Below, in pieces: positions 12,841 through 23,700 of a stretch of DNA of 36,290 nucleotides (its first letter is position 1; every line of letters starts with the position of its first letter). Made by a program: the position numbers and the translations under genes. The DNA is from Catajapyx aquilonaris (taxonomy: Eukaryota), in NCBI GenBank assembly GCA_000934665.2, contig JYFJ02003931.1, forward strand, positions 1 to 36,290, in the 5' to 3' direction. The notes below the pieces were generated by a model. That model was not told the origin of the DNA. It saw only the letters and a list, made by a program, of their open reading frames with translations, and ran no database searches.

Positions 12841-13050
12841 CAGAGTGTCTGGCAATATTGGAGTGTACCTCCCGCTGCTAAGCAACGATCCTGAGCATGA
12901 ACCCTGCAGTTATATGCCTTTAAGGCACCATCTGCGTGTTTAAAATATATTGACAATGCATTGTGTGTAGTTACACCTCCATAAGATTAGAGACATGTTC
13001 AACACAATGCTATAAAAATCGAATCACTGAACATTTCAATTGACACCCTG
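12841..13050. mobile_element. Putative Tc1/mariner-type MITE
   Basis: TA-CAGAGTGTC ... GACACCCTG-TA termini. Related CAGGGTG/CACCCTG-TA ends at 17422-17466 and about 25572-25580. TIRs are short. Confidence 0.45.
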
Positions 13051-13937
13051 TACTGAAACTCAATTTCTTTCGGTGAAATGTCAAAAAGTGACTACCGGCG
13101 AATTGAAGCGAATGGAAAACAGGCTTGTTTTGGTGTAACGAACCTCTTGATATAGCAATTCAAATTAACTGGTTTCTTTTGTCGCAGCGGGACAGCCAAT
13201 TAAATCTGCCTCTCTAGGGCCTCGGTTTTCCACTTTAAGGAGTTATTTTCAGATGAAGTTTAGCAGTGTTTGAAACGTGCTAAAATTTGCAATGCAAATT
13301 AATATGTACTGTAATACTGCCTGATTTCTAGGCTATCGAAATAGCTAATATTCAGTTCCCGATATGAAGAACATACAATAATATAGTTGGTGCCTGGTAC
13401 TGTAATTTTTTAATTACTATTTACAAGTGCACCTGTAGAAATTACGTTATGTTTATGAGGATGGAAGTTCGCTTTGGGAGTTCAACCACACCCATGGAGA
13501 ATTTATTATATATGGAAAAGCACGCTTTTTCACATGCGAAAAACACGCACTGTAAACAATGCAACCTAACTGCACTTTATTGACAATGGAAAAAAAAAAC
13601 AGAAGCCCAAACCTGTTTGCTTCCTATGCTTTCATTGTTGCCGATTCATGCACAAAAATATGTCGCATGGAACAGCATAATATGGTCGGGGAATTTGTAT
13701 TGCATTGTTGCAGTTTCTGTTACTTTGAAAAGTAAAGGTCTCACTTTGTTGGAGACAAGAAAAGGTTAAAACTATGGAGCGGAACCAATGCAATAAGAGG
13801 ATATTGCTCTTGAAAAATGTTCTGTTCCGCCAATATTTTTTGTCCCAGTCTTTGAGGGAACCCGCATTTGTGGTCACATTCCAACACACATACTGTAATT
13901 TTCTTATTGAAACAAAAAAAATAACCTCAAATATTAT

Positions 13938-14019
13938 TCCCATATGTTACTTTTCCTTACGAAATGCTTATTCGTAACTCATACTTATGCTTATTTCGTA
14001 GGAAAAGTAACATATGGGA
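13938..14019. repeat. Short inverted repeat with arms of about 27 bp
   Basis: tcccatatgttacttttccttacgaaat ... atttcgtaggaaaagtaacatatggga (one indel). Confidence 0.85.
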
Positions 14020-14435
14020 CATCTTCATCACGCATGTTCCCATATGGCTGACAGAAAATTAATTACAAAAAAAAAATCGAAATCGCTTATGCAAAATTAA
14101 TATATTACCCAGTAGTAACCTAAAAACCAGTCAAAAGACCAACCACTGCGCACTGGGGTCCCCATATAAAACATTCGAGCTTTTATGTCCCATCCAGCGG
14201 GGTCATTCCTCATCTCATCTCCACCTGATTTGCAATTCTACGTTCACATTTTGGAAGCACTCCTAGAAAAGAAGGACAAAAACATAAAAACAGATCATAA
14301 CTATATACTCAGCCTATATATGAACATCCTTGGCTAGATGCCATATAGAATCTCGTGGGTTCATTTAGGGCACGAAAACTTACCCTGTTGTGATCAATTT
14401 TAGCGAAATTTGCTTTAGAAATTCTCGCCGAGAAT

Positions 14436-14516
14436 TTATCCCACATTCACTCCTGCATGAGAAAAACTATCCCACGGTGGGATAGTTTTTCTCATGCATG
14501 AGTGAATGTGGGATAA
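14436..14516. repeat. Near-perfect palindrome, 40-bp arms, 1-nt spacer
   Basis: ttatcccacattcactcctgcatgagaaaaactatcccac-g-gtgggatagtttttctcatgcatgagtgaatgtgggataa; one mismatch. Confidence 0.92.
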
Positions 14517-14538
14517 TTTGCGAGAAAATTAGGGCCAA

Positions 14539-14998
14539 TCCGAGCAAGTCCGATCTAGTCCGATCTAGACCAAACAAATCCGAACAAGTACGAATCGCAT
14601 GTACTGGTTCGGACTAGATCGTACTTAATCGTACTGGTTCGGACTAGATCGTACTTAATCGTACTTGTTCGGACTAGATTGTGCTTCGGATTTGTTCGGT
14701 CTAGATCGCACCAAGAACTCTCTTGATCGCACTTGATCGCACTTGTTCGTACTTGTCCGGAGTACATCGTACTTGTTCGGACTTGATCGTACTTGTTCGT
14801 ACTTGTCCGGAATACATCGTAGGACACTTGTTCGGACTTGATCGTACAGTACTTCTTCGTACTAAATCGTACAGTACTTCTTCGTACTAAATCGTACAGT
14901 ACTTCTTCGTACTAAATCGTACAGTACTTCTTCGTACTTGATCGTACAGTATAAGTACGAACAAGTACGAACAAGTCCGATCATGTCCGAACAAGTCC
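14539..14998. repeat. 10-bp-based minisatellite (gtacttgttc/ggacttgatc) with inverted blocks at both ends
   Basis: Central tract 14601-14950 includes a 25-bp unit acagtacttcttcgtactaaatcgt x3-4. Flanks (cgaacaagtac/cgatctagtc) are the reverse complement. Confidence 0.88.
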
Positions 14999-16309
14999 AG
15001 ATGTGTTCCAAAGCTTATGTAATCATTGAGTCTTTAATTAAACAAGTCCAATCAACTCCAAAAGATGTTCCAATGCTTATATAATCATTTAATCTTTAAT
15101 TTTACATTCTTCTTCCTAATATTGCTCACGTTGTCAATCCCTTTTCCTTGGCATCTGTGAATCTCATGGTCGTTCGAGCGGTAAATAACGGTACGGTTCG
15201 TCGAAGGTCTGAACCCTTGCCATTTTAGCCAGAGGATTTAAAAAGTGAAAAGTCAGAACCCTTTCACTCCTTTGGAAGAACGTGACAAAAAGTCAGGACA
15301 AGAATGCAGATTGTCCTCTGTGATTGAGTATGGACAAAAAAAATAAAGAAGACACTGTCCTTGGTCTTTGTTGCGTATTACCAAAGAATGCGGAAAGTTT
15401 TCCATTACTTTCTAACAATAGACCATCATTGTTGTACTGGTCCATCCAAAAAAAATGATTAATTGCGACCCATATTTTATAAAGATTTAATCCCAATTTA
15501 AATGCATAGCTTTGAAAGGTATTTGCGCATTGGAATGTTGGGCAGGTCTCCTTTATTTCTCGTCCATTTTCCCAGCAGCATCCTTATTGATTCTCAACTC
15601 CTAAGATGCCTTCCTTTATTATTCGGATGTAAAATATGGCCTTCAAAATATTTTTAAAATGGTTCAGCAATATTTTTGAACCTAAACACACATGTGGAAA
15701 TGCTGGAACCAACGTCTGGTTTTATTTTAGGCTCGACATGCTCTGAATCTTGATCTGGCCTCGACTCTACTCAGCTGTCTGTAATAATTTTTTCAGCGAA
15801 TTTTTTTGGCCCAGATGTCAACCCCCCCCCCCCNCCCCCCTCCAAAAGGGTCACAAAATCAAAATGCATGGCAAGTTTTGAACCAAAAATTAGGAATTAC
15901 AGGAATGGCTGGAAACTATTTCCCGATAATATCCGTTACAGATATTTTCAAGGGGACAAAATTGTCGATAAAACGAGTCTGAAACAGACGACAAAATCCT
16001 AATGAAAAAAAATTTAGGACAAAAAATATTTTTAAAGCGCTTTTAATTTTTCCAGATAATTTAAAGCGCTTTTATTTTTATTTTTTCAGCAACCAAGAGC
16101 TCGGTTAGAACGACCATTGGACAGTGATGTGTGTGTTATGTCACTACAGACTGGACAAAGGATAGTGGAAGATTGATTATTTTTTTAAAAAAAAAGATAG
16201 TGTGCAAAAAATAGTGTACTTGAAGTCATGACGTCACGGATTTTGTTACGTTTTCCTGAGGAAAGTGACGATACGCAACTGAATCTGCATTCTCCAAGAG
16301 GTGAGTTAA

Positions 16310-16450
16310 ATTTTGAGCGATTTTATACATTTTGAGTGATTTCCCATTTGAGTGATTTTTTTTCGTTTTGAGTGATTTCCCATTTGAGTGAAATTTTTCC
16401 ATTTTGAGTGATTTTCCAATTTTGAGTGATTTTTATTCATGTTGAGTGAA
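16310..16450. repeat. Minisatellite ttttgagtgattt
   Basis: About 8 tandem variants immediately after a GAG|GTGAGT donor-like site at 16300/16301. Confidence 0.8.
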
Positions 16451-17024
16451 TTCGATTATTGCGTTCGACGTCCAACTATCCGTTTACACACTTTTTGATG
16501 CTTGAAATGAAGGGCAATCTATCACATACGTAAGTGCTTGTCAACTCAATTGGCTTCACTTACTGCAAGAAAAATCATTACGTCTAAGTGCACTTTTTAT
16601 CAATGTGACGTCACTTTTGTATTTACAATGATGCCATTTGTTTGTTAATGTCATTTAAAATTGTCGCTTTAACACTGTTTCCACATTTCCTGACTCTTTT
16701 CAATATACATTATGTACAAACTCGAATTAGCATACCAATTAGGCACAGTAATTGGTATTTGTTTTTGGTACGAGGTTTTACACTCAGGTTTTTAAACCGT
16801 GGTTCTGATCATCCCTCGAGCGGTACATGAAACCGCAATAATCGAGTTTCATTGTTAAGTTACTAATATCAGCTAATTGCATTATGAAACTGGTTGTTGT
16901 CCCCAGTGTCATGCTAATGAGTGAAAAAAGTTCGCCTAATTTTCGTGTGTTCACATAAGCGCTTCCAGAAGGCTAATTAATTTAAAAACTTGTTTTATGA
17001 AAATAATTATTATAAAAAAAGAAG

Positions 17025-17114
17025 TCCTTCGGACCGGATTTGAACCAGTGACCTATGGATCCCTGCTTTCCAACCAACTACAGTCCACCGCTCTACCAAC
17101 TGAGCTACCGAAGG
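17025..17114 (-). tRNA. tRNA-Tyr(GTA) with 17-nt intron
   Basis: CCTTCGGTAGCTCAGTTGGTAGAGCGGTGGACTGTAG-[TTGGTTGGAAAGCAGGG]-ATCCATAGGTCACTGGTTCAAATCCGGTCCGAAGGA; A and B boxes intact; oligo-T Pol III terminator follows. Confidence 0.95.
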
Positions 17115-17788
17115 TTTCGTAGTGAAAGGCTACTTGTTAGGGGGTCTTTTACTGACCAGTTTTTCCAACGGTAAAGTGTACTTCAATATGAAGTAAACAA
17201 ATAGTAAATAGTCCGGTTGCACAACTTTCATACTTGTGTAATGTGCATAGTATGATAGGAGAGTACAAGGTTACGTTTGTTTTACAGGACATCCTGTTGC
17301 CTGAGGAAACGTAGTTTTTTTTAACGTCCTGCGTGACCTGTCTGTAAGATATATTACGTGTAAGATAAGCTAACTGCAGCAATGTAACTTACTGGTAATG
17401 ACATGCAATTATTAAGAATTATACAGGGTGTACCGTGCCAGTAAGAACAAATTGGAACACCCTGTACAGAATATTCCACGCAATAATTATCATTAAGACA
17501 ATTGTTGCATGACACTGGATTGTTCAGGAAAATATTACTAATTACACTAATTATATGCAAAAATTCACATAAAACAAGCCAATTATTTTCTTATCAATTA
17601 ATAAATAATTGTAGATAATACAGCTATGTTAGATAATATTTATTTATAGCTCAAGGAAACTGTTACTTGCATATAATATATACAGTATGAAATTAATCCA
17701 AATAATATTAATTAAAATAATTGTAATTTTAATTATGGTCCATAGCTTTCAGAGCTTGGAGGTCATCTGTTTGGAGGCCACCTTCATC

Positions 17789-20700
17789 ATGGTGTATGAC
17801 ACACTGAGTCTGGACCTGGGTCCTGGGCCTGGCCTAGGAGGAGGCCTGGGGGGCAGCCGGCCCCTCAGGCCCCGGGGCGGAGGTGGGGCCGGCCTGGGGA
17901 TCAGCCTTGGGCTGATGAGCCTGGGCTGGAGACCCCGCCTCTGCCTCCTGGGATTCCTCCTCTCCTTATACCTGGTAGCCTTCATGCTCATCTCTCTGGT
18001 CAGCCTCGACGGGGACAAAGGTCGGATGGCCAGGTTGGCCAGGGGTTACGAGAGGATCGGAAGGGTGAGTTTGACCTAGGCAAAAAAATGATAATCAGGT
18101 TGCCATGATCGGTTGCCGGTTGCCATGGCAACAGCAACCGATTGCATGTAATCAGCAACCGATTGCCATGGAAACAGATTGTCATGGCAAGCGGTTGTCG
18201 GTTGCCGATTGCCATGGCAACAGCAACTGATTGCCATGTAATCAGCAACCGATTGCCATGGAAACAGATTGTCATGGCAAGCGGTTGCCGGTTGCCATGG
18301 CAACAGGAACCGATTGCTACGACCACTTGTTATCATGGCAACCGGCAACCGATTTCCATGGCAATCTGTTGCCTATGACGCATATGTTGCAGTATGGCCA
18401 TCTGTGTCAGGATGTAGTACTACGTCCATTAAATTTCCTGTTCATTTCAAATTTCCAGACAGAGCAGTTGGGAGCTCCGGCATTGGGCCTGGGGGGCAGG
18501 GGTCCTGGAATCAGAGCATCCATGTTGATAGGAGGGCCACCAAGGAGGTCACGTCTCAGGTGGTGCGTGGCGCAGAGGTTTAGGACCGAACCTGGTCCTT
18601 TGGTAGCCCTTACCAGCTTCCCAGGTAGTGGGAACACCTGGCTCAGATACTTGTTGCAACAAGCGACTGGTAAGTACACCGTAGTTACATTCAACGGGAT
18701 GTAAAAGGCCTGTTGGTCTAGGGGTATGATTCTCGCTTTGGGTGCGAGAGGTCCCGGGTTCGAATCCCGGACAGGCCCACTTTTTATCCTCATTTATTTT
18801 AGTTTATTAATTTTATTTGTTTTATACATGGTAAGTACAATAGTTAGAGCGTATTTCATACGAAGGCCTGTTGGTCTAGGGGTATGATTCTCGCTTTGGG
18901 TGCGAGAGGTCCCGGGTTCGAATCCCGGACAGGCCCACTTTTTTATTATCATTAATTTTATGATAAATAATGTACATTTTGACATACTACCCAAGCCAAT
19001 TATGTTGTCATATTTTGTTGACATTAGAGCTGTAGGTGGTATATTGCGGAAGGAAGGGTACTGTAACGACCCTCTTTCCGTGAGCAATATCCAGCAAACG
19101 TCCTAGCCAATGAAACGACATGAAATATTCAGGAGGGGAGGGGCAACCCCCTGTTCACCTCACCAAACAGAAAGAAAAAAAAGAGGGACAAGGTTGCTAG
19201 GGTCGTGCAATATTCGTCCTGTTGTGTACACATCAGTGTCCTAGAAATGCAATTCTACGAACTAGGTTCAAGTCAAATTGAACTTTGCAGTTAATTTAAC
19301 TTTATAAAAAAAAGAGCGAAGGTTAAATTACAATTCAAGGCTTGACTTGGAGGCATGTCATGAATATTTCGGGAGCCAATCAGGAGGCAATACCAGGTGC
19401 ACACAAAAAAAAGGGTTGGAATTACCTGGCAATCTGTGCACCTTTCGTAGGAAATTGCTCCGGGAATAAATATCCGGGGGCGGATATAGCAAATATGGTG
19501 GAATTTCTGGAGCCTGAAAAACATGTTAACCAACTGCCGGTTAACATGTTTTTCTTCCGAGCTATTCAATATTTATATGCCAGATGCATCATTTTTATGC
19601 ATTTTTCTTTCCATACAAACAAGGTTAAAGATCATTGAACATACGATGAAGTGTTTAGAAGTGTCCCCTTGTTATAGCTGGTGTGACACATACATCATGC
19701 AGGAAGCTTTATTTATGGATCGCGGGGGTTAACATGTTTAGACGCTGGGTCTAGTGTTGGGCACGTGGCCAGCAAGGGTGACATACGGAGGGCCTTGCTT
19801 AGGCCCAGGTTTTAGGCTGTCTCGCCATATGAAATAATGGCCATGTATTTTAAGTGCACAAGGCGTAACAAGTGTGTTTTGAAAGGTCAGTGTTACGTGG
19901 ACCTTCGGTAGCTCAGTTGGTAGAGCGGTGGACTGTAGTCGGTTATAAAGCAGGCATCCATAGGTCACTGGTTCAAATCCGGTCCGAAGGAATTTTTTAA
20001 TTTTTAAAAATATTAAGCGCGTAATGTAGTCGTAAAAACTGAAGCGAACTGATTACTAATTTTGTACATCTCCACAATATTTTAAATCTGAAAAATATTT
20101 ATTTAAGAGGAAGAAAAAAATTCATTCGGACCGGATTTGAACCAGTGACCTATTGATGTCTGCTTTCCAAGCAACTACAGTCCACCGCTTTACCAACTGA
20201 CAGTAACTCCATAATTTTTTAACATTTATTTGCACATCCTGTACCTCTTACTTTCGGAGTAACTTTCTTATACACTTTATGAGAGGCCAGGAAGAGATAT
20301 ACCGGAACTGTTTCCTTCGTCAGTAGTAGCTCCACACCATCCAAAGAAAGAAGTATCTTTTATTTTTATTTTTTACTTCCTTCGGTGTGAAGAAGTCTCG
20401 CATCAATTGAGGAAACCGGAAGACGCTTCGAAACATCCGGGAAATTCATTTCCGCTCAAAGTTCCTATCGAACCTCCTGTACAATTAGTGTAAGTGAATT
20501 TCTCTTCGCAACAATTGCGACTAGATTCTATAAAAAGAACTTGGTAGTCTACCTTTAACTTTTTTCTGAAACGTGCTGAAGACAACTTCCCAAGAAACAT
20601 TTCTTAAGACCTTTTTTTTTTTTGCAGACAAAGACACTGTTCAAATACAACGAAAATAGGGCATGGGAACGTGTCCAGGTTAAAAGCATATTGCTTTCTT

Positions 20701-23700
20701 TTTGAGGACACGTGTGTCTGCTTTTACTTATTTATGGAAGACTATACCACCCATAGTACAAGCTAACGTATACGATCGATGACCTATTGGAATTACGTGG
20801 TAAAAGTAGGTGGTCAGTCAATGGAGAAGGGTCATTCACTGTCAGGAAGGGAATTTCACTTTCGGAAAGACTTGTTGCGCCTTTTTGTGCGGTGAAAGTG
20901 CACATTATAGCCCCCCCTAATAGAGGTCTAATTATGGCCAACTTGAATTTTATACTGTAATGAGACTAATGACCATATTAGGACTGCTAATGTTCAATAT
21001 CTTCACCAGATTAAGAGAAATAATTATTAATTTGGATTAACACATGAGTGATTGTATGCACTGCAGTATGGCCACGGAATGATAGAAAATAGTACATAAC
21101 TCGCACTATGACCTAAAATTCGGAATTTTATGACTTTTTGTAAATATTGTGTCATCTGAGCTGCAATTGTGCCAAGTTTAATCCAAGATTACTGTAAAGT
21201 GTACACTGGTCAATTTGGCGTAGGAAATGTATGTGATGAGTCCGCACTATTTTTTGTGTCGTAGTCCTTTAAAAATCCCTCTAATGAAGTAATGAACGAC
21301 CCCAATTAATTTTCCTTCCCACGTCCCATTTGGCGAATCGGCCACTTTATTTTTAGTTCCCTCCCCGCCTTCCCCCATCCACCCTCGTCCCTCCAGCCCA
21401 CCCACCCTTTTGGCCACAAAATAGAGCAAATGATCCCAATTGGCGATGAAAGACGGTTGTTTCGTGACCGCATAGCTCGTTTCGGATGCCTAGCAGTAGA
21501 CCTCACATGACAAAGGCACGTGGAGGTTGGAAGGTAGGGGTTAAAACCTGTGAGACGTAATTGAATAGAGCTCTCCCCCCAAAAAAATCCTAAGCACGCT
21601 TCGGCCCGCCGATATTAATAGACTCGGCGGTTTTAAGAGAGATAATTCATGGAGACGAAAGAGAGAGGGCGTCCTGGCGATGAGCCTCATCTATGATCAC
21701 TAACTATAGAATGGCGTGACCTTTCAACCAGTTCTAAATAGGAAGTGACATTTACCCGAATAGGATTGGAATAAATAGTATCATACATTGAGACATTGCA
21801 TTAAATTGACTCTATTTTTCTTTTTGTGAATTTTTTATTTTTATTTTTTATGGAGTTTCTGGAATTTTATTGAATTTCTTATTAATTTATTATTTATATT
21901 TGAATTTATTATTCGTATTTGTATTTGAATTTATTATTTTTATTTTATTTGAATTTATTATTTTTATTTCATTTGAATTACCGTAATTATTTTTATTTTA
22001 CTTGAATTTTTATTTAAATTTATTTTACATTTATTTTTTACGTTTATTTATTTACATTTATTTTACATTTATTTTTTGCGTTTATTTATTTACATTTATT
22101 TTACATTTATTTTTTTTGCGTTTATTTATTTACATTTATTTTACATTTATTTTTTTACGTTTATTTATTTACATTTATTTATTTTATTTTGTTTACTTAG
22201 ATTTGTATTTTATGTATTAATTTATTTAAATTTATTTACATTGGTATTTTATGTATTAATTTATTTAAATTAATATAAATTAATATAAATTTATTTATAT
22301 AAATTTATATAAATTTATTTATTTAATTTATTTATTTAAATTTATTTATATAAATTTATTTATTTAATTTATTTATTTAAATTTATTTAGTTAAATTTAT
22401 TTATTTAAATTATTTAGTTAAATTTATTTATTTAAATTATTTATTTAAATTATGCGTTTAAATTATTCATTTATTTAAATTTATTTACTTTCATTTGTAT
22501 TTTATGTATTAATTTATTTAAATTTATTTACATTTTATGTATTAATTTATTTAAATTTATTTACATTTTATGTAATAATTTATTTACATTTTATGTATTA
22601 ATTTATTTAAATTTTATGCATTAATTTATTTAAATTTTATGCATTAATTTATTTAAATTAATTTAAATTATTTATTTATTTAAATTATTTAGTTATTTAA
22701 ATTATTTAGCTATTTAAATTAAATTAAATTTGTTTCAATTGATATTAATTATTTTACGTTGTGAATTTAAATATATTTAAATATTATTCATTTTAATTCA
22801 TTTTAGTTTATTTAAATTTCTTTATATTTTCAATTTATTTTATTTAAATTTCTTTATATTTTCAATTTATTTCAATTTATTTATATCAATGTCTATTTTA
22901 CTCCATTTTAATTAGCTAATGAATTAATTATTATTGCTGGCCTGTATAGTGGCCTAACATGCCTAGGACAAAATTCTGTAGTTGGTTGAAACGTTGAATA
23001 ATTAATTAAATTTTTAATATACAGTTATATAGCATTTTGGCATGCACATTTCTGTGACAGCACTGCATATGTCCAACTTGATTAAGACATTAAGTTTTAA
23101 TTAGATGGCAGCCCATCATATAATTAGGGAGAGCTCTAAAGATGCGTCCTTCAAGCCCCGTTGCGTGACACAACGAATAATAAGGAGCAAGGTCACTTGA
23201 TTATGCGGAGCACCCTGTACTATCGCGTCTTTATTATCCTTGTATTTAATAATATTTATAAAATATTAATTTTGACAACTTTTTTTTTCTTTCTTATAGG
23301 TTTGTACACGGGTAGTGTGTACAAGGACTACGCCCTTCTGAAGCATGGTTTCCCAGCCGAGAGTGTGACCAACGGGTCAGTCCTGGTCATCAAGACTCAC
23401 GAGTGGGGTCCCGTGGCCCGAAAGCCCTTCCAGAGGTCAATCCTTCTGGTGCGTGACCCAGGGGCGGCCATCATGGCCGAATTCAACAGGCAGAGCGGAG
23501 GACACGTGGGCCACGCGGGACTGGACAAGTACAAGCGTAACAATGGTAAATGTAAGTTGGTAACCAGGAGGTCACACGGGTCAAAGGTCAAATGTGAATT
23601 ATCGACTGGAAATGCATTCATTGAACCATGGAATCGGAAAACGGGCTATGTTACTGTTACATAGCCCGTTTTCCGATTCCATGGTTCAATTTATTGTCTT

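Noticed and set aside
16090..16300. Possible 5' non-coding exon of the WSCD gene (ttttcag at 16089, GAG|GTGAGT at 16300, TGACGTCA at about 16229)
   Set aside because: Plausible but supported only by short consensus motifs; not reported as a feature without transcript data.
19516..19554. 16-bp-arm hairpin gaaaaacatgttaacc...ggttaacatgtttttc as a terminator
   Set aside because: Rho-independent terminators do not apply in a eukaryotic intron; too short for a pre-miRNA.
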